A stretch of DNA of 62,451 nucleotides from Candidatus Coatesbacteria bacterium. Lineage in GTDB: Bacteria; RBG-13-66-14; B26-G2; WVWN01; G020348885. Below, piece after piece: positions 47,587-57,794 of this stretch. The stretch lies in NCBI GenBank assembly GCA_020348885.1, contig CP070755.1:1532196-1594646 (forward strand), in the 5' to 3' direction. The translations under genes were made by a program, and so were the position numbers. The stretch's first letter is position 1; every line of letters begins with the position of its first letter. A model generated the notes under the pieces. The model was not told where the DNA came from, did not search any database, and was given only the letters and a program-made list of their open reading frames with translations.

Positions 47587-48779
47587 TGGATACGCTGGAA
47601 GTACGCGTTTATAACGTCCGGTTCGGCGACGCTATCCTTATATCCGTCCCCGACCGGGACGAAAACACCGGCGATACTCAAACACGACACGTTCTTATCG
47701 ACGTAGGAAACGTCCTGAGCGGCGAAGGCGGAGATAACGTCGTATTCCAGCCGTTTGTCGAGAATATCCTGAGCGTTCTCGACGGGCGTCCCGTGGACCT
47801 CTACGTAATGACTCACGAGCATATGGACCACGTACAGGGGTTACCGTACGCCGCGTGGAAGCTTGAACCGCCACTCGAAATAGACGTGGCGTATGCGTGG
47901 TTTACGGCGTCGGCGGACCCGGGTTATTATGAAAACGGTAAGCACCCAAGATCCAAGGAGTTCGCGGACGATGCGAAAAAGGTATATAATACTATCGATA
48001 AGTACTTCAGGGCCGCCCTCGAATCGGATACAGACGGTTTCAACTATATTCAAACGTTAATGGGTATCAATAGCCCGAGCCGTACAAAAGAATGCGTGGA
48101 ATACCTTCAAGGGCTTACGGATAAAGTCGCATACGTTCACCGGGATTACGACGGTTTAGACGAAAAACACCCTTTCAAAGAGGCGAAGTTCGAAATATGG
48201 GCGCCGGAAGAAGATACGTCTGTTTACTACGGGCGGTTCCGGAGTATGGCCCTGGGTCTAACCGGCGTCGATGAAACAACCGAAGGCCGTGAACTTATTG
48301 AACCGAAACCGCCGGCCGGCGTCGACGCCGGAGATTTCTATAACCTCGTTAATATACGAAACCATGGTTACGTCGATAACCTCCTAACGATCGACCGCGC
48401 GGCCAACAACACCAGCGTTGTATTTAGCCTGGAGTGGCGTGGTTGGAAGCTTCTGTTTACGGGAGACGCGGAAAGACGCAGTTGGAAGCATATGAACAAA
48501 GAAGGCGTACTCGAACCCATACATTTCCTGAAGGTAAGCCACCACGGAAGCCATACCGGCGTACCCGATTCGAAATTCCTGGAAAAGATTCTACCAACGG
48601 AACCGCCCGACGAAAGACCCCGGCGCGCCGTCGTATCCACTTACCCGGACACGTATAAAGGCGTTCCGGATAAAGACTTGCTGCGGGAAGAGTTATCGCC
48701 GCGTTGTGAAGTAACGTATCTCGAAAAAGGAACCGTACCCGACGGCGAATGCTTACCCGCCTTCGAATTCGAAGGTTAA
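47586..48779 (+). CDS. MBL-fold metallo-hydrolase, ComEC/Rec2 type, with large insertions
   Basis: GDAILI, LIDVG, THEHMDH, NNTSVV, LFTGDAE, KVSHHGS. Start ATG 47586 overlaps the peptidase stop (TAATG), with GAAGGAG upstream. Confidence 0.88.
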   Translation: MDTLEVRVYNVRFGDAILISVPDRDENTGDTQTRHVLIDVGNVLSGEGGDNVVFQPFVENILSVLDGRPVDLYVMTHEHMDHVQGLPYAAWKLEPPLEIDVAYAWFTASADPGYYENGKHPRSKEFADDAKKVYNTIDKYFRAALESDTDGFNYIQTLMGINSPSRTKECVEYLQGLTDKVAYVHRDYDGLDEKHPFKEAKFEIWAPEEDTSVYYGRFRSMALGLTGVDETTEGRELIEPKPPAGVDAGDFYNLVNIRNHGYVDNLLTIDRAANNTSVVFSLEWRGWKLLFTGDAERRSWKHMNKEGVLEPIHFLKVSHHGSHTGVPDSKFLEKILPTEPPDERPRRAVVSTYPDTYKGVPDKDLLREELSPRCEVTYLEKGTVPDGECLPAFEFEG

Positions 48780-49025
48780 CGAAACCCCGCCTGGCCCGAC
48801 ATCGCGGTTCATCCTTATCGACGAAAGTATTAGTTCAACGGGCCCGCAGCGTTTCTACCGGTTGGGGTTAGTTCGACGGTTTCGGCCGCCGTTTCCCGGA
48901 CTCCGCGACTAGTTTTTCCCTGTCGATAAGTAAAACCATATGCTAAATTCCCTTGGGCCTCGCCGCCAACGGTCGACGCGGCGTTCGCCCATACATATCC
49001 TCGTTCTTTCGGTGGGTAAGAAGGT

Positions 49026-50042
49026 TTGGTAGACTACGAAGACCGTTTACCACAGAAACTCGCGGAGTCGTTCAAAGCCGACCCGGCCCGGTGGTTGCTC
49101 AAAGCTCGATCGCCACTGGTACGGTATCGGACATATACAGACCTGCTCGGGTATCCCCCGGACCACCCCAAACCGGCGGCGCTTCTCCCCCGTCTCGACG
49201 AAGACCCGGACCTGCGGGCCGTTCTGGACTCCCAGACGCCTGACGGTTTCTGGCATACCAACGACCTATATTTCAATAGGTCGGGCCGGGTTAACCTGTA
49301 CGGGCCGAAATACGCCGCGTCGGTCTGGCAGCTGCCTATACTCGCAGACCTTGGTTTTACGACCGACGACGGTGCGCCGGCTCGCGCCTTCGAGTTGTTC
49401 GCAGGTCGTTTAACGGCCGACGGTTTCTGTGATCTGACCGGGAAAGGTTACCCGTTGTTACGGGCAAACGCAATTGCATGTTACGCGTTTTTAAGAATGG
49501 GTTGGGGCCCGAGCGACCTGGGCGCTCCGTTGGCGTGGTTGGCCGCGCAGCAGCGTGCCGATGGCGGCTGGGCGGACGTTCACGAGATAAGGGAACCGGA
49601 CGCGCCCAGCACCGTCGCAACGACGTCGCACGTAACAACGGCCCTGGGATACGCGGACCGCGTGGACGACGTAATCGCCTTTAAGGTAGAACGGGAAACA
49701 GCTAATAATTACCTAAGCAATAATCTGCTTAGCGATTACGCCGGCCGCTTTCAACCGACACGGAAACCCTGGCGAAGGTTAAGCTGGCCCCAGTACGATT
49801 ACGATATTTTAACTGTAACGGAAGCGCTTTGGGTGGCGGGCGCACCGGACGAATACGAACGCAAAGCGGCCGAACTATTAATCGAACTTCAAACGCCCAA
49901 GGGGTTTTGGCGGCAGCGGGTCCGGTTCGTCGTGCCTTCTGTGGTATCTATGGTCGAACCGGGGCACAGTTCGCGCTGGATAACGATGAGGGCGGCGAAA
50001 GTGATAATAGCTATTATTCGCAGAACCGAATCAAAGAAATAA
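49026..50042 (+). CDS. Prenyltransferase/squalene-cyclase-like alpha/alpha-barrel repeat protein
   Basis: WLL....PLVRYRTYTDLL, Q.PDGFW, WLAAQQRADGGW, LQTPKGFW, SRWIT..A repeats. Confidence 0.75.
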   Translation: MVDYEDRLPQKLAESFKADPARWLLKARSPLVRYRTYTDLLGYPPDHPKPAALLPRLDEDPDLRAVLDSQTPDGFWHTNDLYFNRSGRVNLYGPKYAASVWQLPILADLGFTTDDGAPARAFELFAGRLTADGFCDLTGKGYPLLRANAIACYAFLRMGWGPSDLGAPLAWLAAQQRADGGWADVHEIREPDAPSTVATTSHVTTALGYADRVDDVIAFKVERETANNYLSNNLLSDYAGRFQPTRKPWRRLSWPQYDYDILTVTEALWVAGAPDEYERKAAELLIELQTPKGFWRQRVRFVVPSVVSMVEPGHSSRWITMRAAKVIIAIIRRTESKK

Positions 50043-50096
50043 GGCTATTGATAATCTCAATTCTTTCGGGTATAATTTTTACTGACGGGAAATGAT

Positions 50097-53000
50097 TTGG
50101 GCGTAAAGCACGAAGAAGCGGGGAAATCCAATAAAGTACGAACGAGCGACTCGCCCGCCAGCCCGAGCGAACTCATCAATAGAATATGGTTTTCGCGAAC
50201 GGAAGAGGAGCTGGCCGCAGTCGTCGTTGAGTACGCGGAACCGGTTTTCGGCGCCGATAGTAGCGGCGTGTTCTTTCTCGGCGAAAACGGATCTCTGTCC
50301 GGTCCGTACGTGTTATCCGGATCGGAATTTACTTCGAGCCTATTAACTGTTCCCCCGAATTCGGATAATATCGTCTCACGGGCGTTCGCTGCCGGCGAAC
50401 CATTAAACATCCCCTCGTTAAACGAAGGACTCATAAACGGCCTCGGTCCCCTTACCAACAACCTAGGGGCGCCGGCCGTTGCCGCGCCTTTCGGCGTCGA
50501 TAGACCCGAAGGCGTTCTCCTCCTGATAAGGCAACCGGGGAAAAGGGATTTCTCGCCGGCCGACGCCGAAGAAGTACGGCTCGCGGCCGACGCGTTGGGT
50601 GGAGCTTTAGCGCTAATCGGAACCGAACGGGATACCCCGAGAATCCACGTTGATATTTCGGCACCGACCGACGCTACCTCAGTATCGGATTCACTAGAAC
50701 CCGGACCCGATTCCGAGGCTTTGGCCACGTTGATACAGGAACAGCGCGTACGCACCGACGAACTCAAGGTTATTAACGAGATAGGGCGGAAACTATTAAC
50801 TGTCGTCGACACGACGGAAGTCCTGGAGTCATTGGTAACGTCTATACGCGAATTACTTGATTATTATAACGTATCAATCTTCTTAATCGACGAACGCGAA
50901 CCGAGTAAACTCGTATTGGAAGTAATCGACGGCGAATATTCAGACGTCCTCCCTCCGGACTATACGGTTAACGTGCCGGAAGGTATTACAGGTTACGTAG
51001 CTTCCACGGGCGACTACGTCGTAGCGAACGACGCTTATAACGACCCCCGCTTCTCGCCGGACCCCATCGATATACCCGAGAAATCCGAATGCGCCCTGCC
51101 GATAATAAGCGAGGGGCGCGTTATCGGGGTTCTGGACGTCCAACAGGACCGGAAAGACGCTTTCGACGAACGAGCGGTGCAACTCTTACTTACCCTGGCC
51201 GACCAAGCGGCTCTGGCGGTACACAAAGCTAAACTTTTCGAGAAACAAGAAAAAGCCACGAAAGAAGCCACTACACTTCTACGTATAAGTTCCGGACTCG
51301 GGCAGTCGACGGAAACCGGCAAAGCATTGGAATACCTGGCCGAAGAAACGGTTTCGGCGTTGGGAGCCGACGCTTCTGCGATAATTGTGGTTCGCGAGGA
51401 TTCCGCGGCCGAAAGGGTAATTGCCGCCGCGGGATTACCTGACGAAGCGAAGGAAGAATTGCTATCCAACGGGGTGCGGATTGACCCCGGGATAATCGGT
51501 TCGTTGGAGAAAGCGCCCCGCGCTATCGCGATTGAAGACGTCTCGCAAAGCGACGTAGAAGGTATAAAGGAAATGGCGGATATCGGCGCTAAATCGATTT
51601 TACTCACGCCTATTAGAACTAAGGGAAGATTAGCGAGTGTTATAGGTGCGCTGTGGACGACCGAGAAGAGGAAATTCAGCGAAACCGATATCAACCTCGC
51701 GGCCGGTATAGCCGTACAAGCGGGTTTCGCTCTTGAAAACGCCTTGTACTTCGAGAACCTGATGCGCCAGACTCGCTTCCTCTCGGTTGTAGGAACTATC
51801 GCGGGCGAAGCGTCGCATTTACCACCGGTCGGCGAATTAACAGGGAACGCGCTCCGTCTTCTGATAGAGTATACCGGTTTTAATAGCGGGGTTGTTTTCC
51901 TGTACGACGAGGAGCAGAATCGCCGCCATACGTTCCGCTCGTCAGCGTTACCCGAAACGACGGAATCGTCGGTAGTCGCGTGCCTTCGGGACGAACTACC
52001 GGCCTGCGGGAGCGCCACCGAAATAGCGATAATAGACGGGACGAATGAAGATGATACCATAATAAAAGCGTTCCCTCCGGACGATAAGCCGGCCGCTTAT
52101 ATGAGTATACCCCTCCTCGTAAAAAGGGTATACGCCGGTCATATCTATTTGTTTTCGGACGAACCTATAACGCTCGACCGATACCAGATGGACTCAGTAA
52201 GGACTATATGTGAACAGCTTTCCACGTTTATCGAGAGTTCGTTAATCTTCGGGCAAAACGTCGAGCAACTCGAACAGATGCGGACCCTTCTCGAGACCTC
52301 TAAACAAATCAGTTCATCTCTCGATCCGGAAGAGATAATCTATAACATCGCACAGGAAGTCAAAAACCTGATAAACGCCGACGAATGTACCGTATTCCTC
52401 CTAAACCGCGATGGCGGATACCTTGAACCTATCGTCAGCCTTACGGCCTACCCGGAAGAAATGCTGAAAGTCCGGCTGAAAGTCGGCGAAGGGATAACGG
52501 GTACTGTAGCCCATACGGGCGTGGGCGAATACATCAACGACCCTTTATCGGACCCCAGATCAAAACACGTCGAAGGTACTCCGGAAAAGGAAACCGAATC
52601 GATACTGTGCGTTCCTCTCGTTTCAAAAGAAGACGTAATAGGCGTTATGACGTTACACAGGCTGGCCGCGAATCCGTTTGCGGACAGAGACTTGGAGATC
52701 GTTACGTTGTTCGCAACCCAGGTCGCTGGGCTTATCGAGAACGCGCGGATGTTCGACAGGGTGTTATCTTCGATGACGGTCGCTGAGGAGCAGCGGCGTA
52801 AACTGGACGCTATTTTCGCCAGCGTATCCGAAGCTTTCATAGTAACCGATTCGAACCTTAGAATTATCGAGATTAACGAAGCCGCCGAGGAATTCTTGGG
52901 GACAACCCAAGAAAAGGTCGCTAACCGTTATATAAGTTCCGTAATCGACGACGAAGGAATAATCGAGAGGTTGGAAACCGCTTTAGCCAATCCACCCGGC

Positions 53001-53852
53001 GACAAGCCGGCCGAGTTTACCCATATAAAAACCGCCCCCGAAGCGGAGTCCGAGGAGTATTACCGTTTTACGATAGACCACCTAAAAGATGCTGAAGCGA
53101 ACATAATCGGACTCGTAGTATCGTTTATTGAAATCACGGATCAAGTAGTCCTTGAAAAGATGAAAGACCACTTTATCGCTAACGTGAGCCACGAACTCCG
53201 GACGCCGCTAACGTCGATTATCGGAAGTACCGAACTTATGCTAGACGACGCGTCGGTCGCGGATTCGCCGTTTAGCAGATTCGTAAACATCATCAACAAA
53301 GAAGCCGTCCGCTTACGAAACCTGGTGGACGGCATTCTGGACTTTTCTTTGCTGGAAGCAGGCAAGTTTGACCTGGAGTTGGAACCGACTAGTATAAAAG
53401 ATATTTGCGAAGAGCTAATCTACAGGTACCGTAACATGGCCGACGATTACGGCGTAACTTTGAACTACGCGCCCGTTGAGGAAGTAGGAGTAGTCGCAGT
53501 CGACCAACGATTGCTGGATAGTATATTATCTAACCTGGTGAAGAACGGGATTTACTTCAACAAACGTGGCGGAGAGGTTAATATACGAACATATAAAGAC
53601 GAGACCGACGACGGGTACCTCGTAATAGAAGTCGCCGATACCGGCAAAGGAATGACCGCCGAACAGATAGAGAAAACCTTTTCGAAATTCTATCAAGCCG
53701 ATGCGACCAGCACTCGCTCCGTCGGCGGTATGGGTATCGGTCTTTCGATAGTGAAAAAAGGTGTCGAAGCCCACGGCGGGCGCCTGGAAGTCACGTCCGA
53801 ACTGGGTGTCGGTTCAGTATTTACCGTTTACTTCCCCTTATTAACGCCTTAA
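50097..53852 (+). CDS. Soluble sensor histidine kinase with about 5 GAF domains, PAS, HisKA and HATPase
   Basis: GAF signatures (GITGYVA, LPI...VIGVLD, PIRTKGR, PLVSKEDVIGVM); PAS (IVTD..LRIIEINEAAE); FIANVSHELRTPLTSI; NLVKNG; DTGKG; GMGIGLSIVK; GVGSVF. Confidence 0.93.
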   Translation: MGVKHEEAGKSNKVRTSDSPASPSELINRIWFSRTEEELAAVVVEYAEPVFGADSSGVFFLGENGSLSGPYVLSGSEFTSSLLTVPPNSDNIVSRAFAAGEPLNIPSLNEGLINGLGPLTNNLGAPAVAAPFGVDRPEGVLLLIRQPGKRDFSPADAEEVRLAADALGGALALIGTERDTPRIHVDISAPTDATSVSDSLEPGPDSEALATLIQEQRVRTDELKVINEIGRKLLTVVDTTEVLESLVTSIRELLDYYNVSIFLIDEREPSKLVLEVIDGEYSDVLPPDYTVNVPEGITGYVASTGDYVVANDAYNDPRFSPDPIDIPEKSECALPIISEGRVIGVLDVQQDRKDAFDERAVQLLLTLADQAALAVHKAKLFEKQEKATKEATTLLRISSGLGQSTETGKALEYLAEETVSALGADASAIIVVREDSAAERVIAAAGLPDEAKEELLSNGVRIDPGIIGSLEKAPRAIAIEDVSQSDVEGIKEMADIGAKSILLTPIRTKGRLASVIGALWTTEKRKFSETDINLAAGIAVQAGFALENALYFENLMRQTRFLSVVGTIAGEASHLPPVGELTGNALRLLIEYTGFNSGVVFLYDEEQNRRHTFRSSALPETTESSVVACLRDELPACGSATEIAIIDGTNEDDTIIKAFPPDDKPAAYMSIPLLVKRVYAGHIYLFSDEPITLDRYQMDSVRTICEQLSTFIESSLIFGQNVEQLEQMRTLLETSKQISSSLDPEEIIYNIAQEVKNLINADECTVFLLNRDGGYLEPIVSLTAYPEEMLKVRLKVGEGITGTVAHTGVGEYINDPLSDPRSKHVEGTPEKETESILCVPLVSKEDVIGVMTLHRLAANPFADRDLEIVTLFATQVAGLIENARMFDRVLSSMTVAEEQRRKLDAIFASVSEAFIVTDSNLRIIEINEAAEEFLGTTQEKVANRYISSVIDDEGIIERLETALANPPGDKPAEFTHIKTAPEAESEEYYRFTIDHLKDAEANIIGLVVSFIEITDQVVLEKMKDHFIANVSHELRTPLTSIIGSTELMLDDASVADSPFSRFVNIINKEAVRLRNLVDGILDFSLLEAGKFDLELEPTSIKDICEELIYRYRNMADDYGVTLNYAPVEEVGVVAVDQRLLDSILSNLVKNGIYFNKRGGEVNIRTYKDETDDGYLVIEVADTGKGMTAEQIEKTFSKFYQADATSTRSVGGMGIGLSIVKKGVEAHGGRLEVTSELGVGSVFTVYFPLLTP

Positions 53853-53920
53853 TCCGCGATAAGGCGCTGCGTCAACACTCTTCGTAATACCCTTCCCTGA
53901 ACCGCAGGGTCCAGCGTTAG

Positions 53921-56008
53921 TTAAATCGAGAACAAGTACGAAATCTTCGCGAAAACACGCCTGTCGAGAACGTCCATATTGCCGCTTGTGTTATCGCGCC
54001 GCTCCTCGTACGCCGCGTATAGTCTACTGCCCGGTAAGTACTCCCAACCGACCAGGAAGCTCCCGAGATGCGTGTGGTCCTGAGTGTTGCTCTGTACTAT
54101 CGCCCGCCAGAACAGGTTCTGCAGTATGTTGTGGGTCAGCTTGAAATTGACGGCGGTAAACGGAGAATCGGTCGCCGGGTCGGTTACTTCGAGTTCCGTA
54201 TTAACCTGTAAAACCGATATAGGTATCAGAGTAACGTAGGCCGAATAAGTATTATAAACGTCGCCGTACATCTCACCGTGCCAGTAGCGCGCATCTATGC
54301 TCCCCCAACTTACGGTTTTTACGCCGCCGCTGACGCCCAAGTACGCCGTTTCATATCGGGGCAGCCCGTACGCGTAAAAACGTTCGTCGTAACCGTATCC
54401 GCCGAAAACGCCGGCGAACATATCGTTGGTGAATCGGACCTCGAAATAAGGCTCTACGTAGTGGTCTATCGGCTCGCCGTTGTCTATACGCCACCAGTGC
54501 GTATAAAAACCGTTCGCCCAAAGGCTGCGTATCGGGCCTTTATAAACCTGGAACTGTTTCTGGCCGTAACACCAAACCTCGCGTTTGTTCAGTTCGAATA
54601 ACTGCATAAACCCCAGTTCGTGATTGAAGTCCTCGCGGACCTCGTTGTACCCGACGTTGAAATAGCTGTCCGGGCTCGGGTGGTACATCCTGAAGTCGTA
54701 CGCGTACCCGTCGCCCCCGGCGCCGTCGGTGAACGATTTTAAGAACTGGCCGGTCGATTTCCATCCGCCGAAGAACTTCAAGTCGGCGTCAGCGCTAGCG
54801 ACCGTGTTTCGATTCGCCGTGTCATATACGCCGAGCGAAGGACCGGCGCCTTCTCTGTTAATAATCGCACCGCCCACGGTGGAAGCTTCGTATACCGTCG
54901 TTATCACGCGGGCGGCGGCCACGTTGTCGCCGGGGAACCGCGGGTCGTCGTCTTCGAGCTGTACATCAAGCCCGCCGTAGCTGACCGGCCCCGCCGTACC
55001 CGTAACCCTGCCGCCAGCGAGTATCTCGTTCAGCTTCCGCGTATATAGAAGCGTGAAGTCCGTGCCGAACATCGACTGTGCTTCGGTGAAGAACGGCCGT
55101 TTTTCTTCGAGGTATATTTCCTCGGGATTGAGTACTATCTCCTCCGGGTCGGCTTCGATGTGAGCGTAATCGGGGTTCAGAGTAAGGTTCAAATGGAACG
55201 GTTTACCGCCGCGTAGCCCGAAGTCGATTCCCGCGTCAGGCGTTAACTCTTTTTTATACGTACTGTAAGTTTCGTCCGTCGGTAGTTGGTCGCCCCTAAC
55301 GGTCCCGTAGGGTATGAACGTAAACCTTTTGGGTCCGGGCAGACCCTCAAAACCGGTTACGGTACCGAAGGTCGAAACCCTATTCAGGTACCGCCCGTCG
55401 CTGGCCCAATACGTGTCCTCGTGGCCAGGTATCTCGCAGCGCATCAGTTGGATACCCATCGAACCGCCGTTGGCTTCGTGGACTATAGACGACCAGGGGA
55501 TTTTCATCTCGCAGAACCAACGGTCTTCCCCCACCGACGTCTTGGCCTCCCAGACGCCGTCCCAGCCCGGGCCGCCCGCTTCGCCGTCGCGGGAAATCTC
55601 GCCGTCGTACATTACGCCCCGGTAGTTGACCATAAAATCGTAGGCCGATTGGCGATCGTTGTTCGCGTCGAGCATCAGGTCTATACAATCGTCCGGGTTC
55701 AGGAACGAATCGCGGACCATCGCGTTGCCGACGAGACCGTCGATGTTCTCTTCGTAGCAGACCCACGCCACGTAGAAAGCGTCGTCGTCGTAAACGATGT
55801 AAACCTCCGTATCGTTGACGGCGGGTTCACCCAGCGACGGACGGTATTGCCGGAAGCCGGTCGCCGGTTCGCACGGGTATTCGCCGTCGGTCATAACGCC
55901 GTCGACGACCGGCGCCGGGTTCACACGGACGGCGCGAACCGTCTCTTCGGCGGCTAAAGAAATTGAACAAAGGTAAAAAACCACTACGAAAACGAAGCCG
56001 ATTTTCAT
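53921..56008 (-). CDS. CBM9-like domain + DUF5916 outer-membrane protein
   Basis: Signal peptide; APVVDG, TEVYIVYDDDAFYVAW, DG.WEAKT..GEDRWFCEMKIPW; LTLNPDYAHIEAD, EKRPFFTE; terminal aromatic beta-signal SYLFSI. Confidence 0.85.
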   Translation of the reverse strand: MKIGFVFVVVFYLCSISLAAEETVRAVRVNPAPVVDGVMTDGEYPCEPATGFRQYRPSLGEPAVNDTEVYIVYDDDAFYVAWVCYEENIDGLVGNAMVRDSFLNPDDCIDLMLDANNDRQSAYDFMVNYRGVMYDGEISRDGEAGGPGWDGVWEAKTSVGEDRWFCEMKIPWSSIVHEANGGSMGIQLMRCEIPGHEDTYWASDGRYLNRVSTFGTVTGFEGLPGPKRFTFIPYGTVRGDQLPTDETYSTYKKELTPDAGIDFGLRGGKPFHLNLTLNPDYAHIEADPEEIVLNPEEIYLEEKRPFFTEAQSMFGTDFTLLYTRKLNEILAGGRVTGTAGPVSYGGLDVQLEDDDPRFPGDNVAAARVITTVYEASTVGGAIINREGAGPSLGVYDTANRNTVASADADLKFFGGWKSTGQFLKSFTDGAGGDGYAYDFRMYHPSPDSYFNVGYNEVREDFNHELGFMQLFELNKREVWCYGQKQFQVYKGPIRSLWANGFYTHWWRIDNGEPIDHYVEPYFEVRFTNDMFAGVFGGYGYDERFYAYGLPRYETAYLGVSGGVKTVSWGSIDARYWHGEMYGDVYNTYSAYVTLIPISVLQVNTELEVTDPATDSPFTAVNFKLTHNILQNLFWRAIVQSNTQDHTHLGSFLVGWEYLPGSRLYAAYEERRDNTSGNMDVLDRRVFAKISYLFSI

Positions 56009-56121
56009 CGGTCCTCCCCTTCTATTTTAGTAGCGAAGAAACTCGCGGATTATCGGTTATATTAGTAAGTACGAAAAGGGGCGAAAAAGTTTCAGGCCGA
56101 TACGTAAAATGCAGAAAAAAC

Positions 56122-57147
56122 TCACGCTTCGGGCCAAACGCCGAACCGGTCCAACTCCGCCGTGCCCGTTTCCCCCGAGATAACCTTCGCGAGCGATGTC
56201 AGAAACTCTGGCTCCGAGTGGCCGTCGGCCGCGGCCCGTGCGACATTGAGCGACAGACCCCAGCCGTGGGACCGCACGCCCGCCTCGATTAACCGCTTCA
56301 CCTCCGCCAGGCTCTCGCGCCGAACGCCTTCGTCCGTACCGTGGGCGTATCGATAGAAGTGAAGCTCCAGCGTCGAAACGTCGTCGGGACCCAGTTCGAA
56401 CGCGCGCTCGAGATACTCTAAGCCCTCGTCCGTCTTACCCAACGCCAATAGATGCCCCGCCAGGTTCGCGACGATGACCGCGTCGTCCGGCGCCAGCTCG
56501 ACGGCGCGCCTGTACTCGAGCTCCGCCTCGTCGTGCTTTCCCCGGACCTGGGCCAGGAATATCGCGAACCGATTGGCCGCGTCGGCATCCTCGGGGTTAA
56601 AATAGATAAGCTCCCGGTAAAGCTCCTCGGCTTTATCGATGTCCCGCCGCACGTCAATCACGAAGTCTATATAGTAGTACCACGAGTCCGGCCAGTAACG
56701 GTCCAACTCCGGCAGTTTTTCGTACAGCGCTTCGACCGCATCGTAATCTTCCCTGACGTACCAGAGGAACAGGCCGTAGTTGATTAGGCCGATAGTTCCA
56801 TCCGGGTCGAGCTCGAGCAACTTCCTGTATATTTCTTCCGCCCTGTCGTACTCTTTACGGACGTTCTCCAGAAACCGGGCGTAGTCGGCCAGGTTGGCGT
56901 AGTGGTCCGGGTTCGCCACGATGGCCCTCTCGAAGTACTCCTCGGCCTTGTCGTAATCGTCGCGGACCTCGTACAGGAAAAGTGCGTAAAGCCCCAACAG
57001 CGGCGCGTTGTCCTGGAACTGGGCCAGCCCGGCCAGGTATATCCGCTCGGCCTTATCCGGGTCCGTCGCCAGGCACGCGTCGGCCTCGTCCCGGGCCTGG
57101 AGCCAGTGGGAATAGGTGCGTTTGGGCTCGTGTCCGGTGTTGATCAT
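56122..57147 (-). CDS. Cytoplasmic TPR-repeat protein with a conserved helical C-terminal domain
   Basis: Repeats YA.FL..VR.DYDKAEE.Y.RA...P; C-terminal LELHFYRYAH...LI.AGVRSHGWGL..NV..A...GH...L..LAKVI. Confidence 0.85.
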   Translation of the reverse strand: MINTGHEPKRTYSHWLQARDEADACLATDPDKAERIYLAGLAQFQDNAPLLGLYALFLYEVRDDYDKAEEYFERAIVANPDHYANLADYARFLENVRKEYDRAEEIYRKLLELDPDGTIGLINYGLFLWYVREDYDAVEALYEKLPELDRYWPDSWYYYIDFVIDVRRDIDKAEELYRELIYFNPEDADAANRFAIFLAQVRGKHDEAELEYRRAVELAPDDAVIVANLAGHLLALGKTDEGLEYLERAFELGPDDVSTLELHFYRYAHGTDEGVRRESLAEVKRLIEAGVRSHGWGLSLNVARAAADGHSEPEFLTSLAKVISGETGTAELDRFGVWPEA

Positions 57148-57231
57148 ATATAATACGCCCGCTTACTGAAGTCGGTTTTCGCCACTCCGTACGCGGCCTC
57201 CGGGAACAACGGCAGGAAGAAAAAATATTCA

Positions 57232-57260
57232 TTGACGGAATATACAAAATTAGCTATTAT
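57232..57260 (+). promoter_or_regulatory. Putative sigma70 promoter
   Basis: TTGACG-N17-TATTAT, 50 nt upstream of 57311. Confidence 0.55.
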
Positions 57261-57310
57261 AACTTCGCGGTAAGTCGAACAAGGGTAGCATAATCTGGGA
57301 GGTGTCGTAA

Positions 57311-57652
57311 ATGCGTTTCTTTATAGTATTGGGGGTCGCCTTCTCGATAGCCGCCGCGTTCGCGGCCGAACCGCCCGCGCGGAAAACCGTAACCATAACC
57401 CTTACAAATACTCAGGCCGAAGCGGTTTCCAACGCGAAGGGGGAGGATATAGAAATCAACCTGACTAAAGAACAGGTCAACACTATCGCTAAAACGGCTT
57501 ACGTAAGAATCGGTATACCGGACACCGTCGGTTTTAAGACCATAACACTGAATACTGCCCATGTAAGGACAGGTAACAAAGTCGTAATCGGTTATTTCCC
57601 GCCGGACACCGCGGACGACCCAATCGAATTACAACCGGAAAAAGCCAAGTAG
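57311..57652 (+). CDS. Small secreted hypothetical protein
   Basis: GGAGG RBS; signal peptide ending AFA; internal near-repeat ITLTNTQ/INLTKEQ. Confidence 0.75.
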   Translation: MRFFIVLGVAFSIAAAFAAEPPARKTVTITLTNTQAEAVSNAKGEDIEINLTKEQVNTIAKTAYVRIGIPDTVGFKTITLNTAHVRTGNKVVIGYFPPDTADDPIELQPEKAK

Positions 57653-57794
57653 TTTAATTTCCATTACCATACGGGCTTGGTAACTAAGAATAGGGCTTAC
57701 CGGGAATAAGTGCGTCGATTATGCGGTCAGCCGCTTTTACGGCACGACAGCAACGCGCATCAACCGTTACGGCGTTCCTAACGGATTAACGGGC

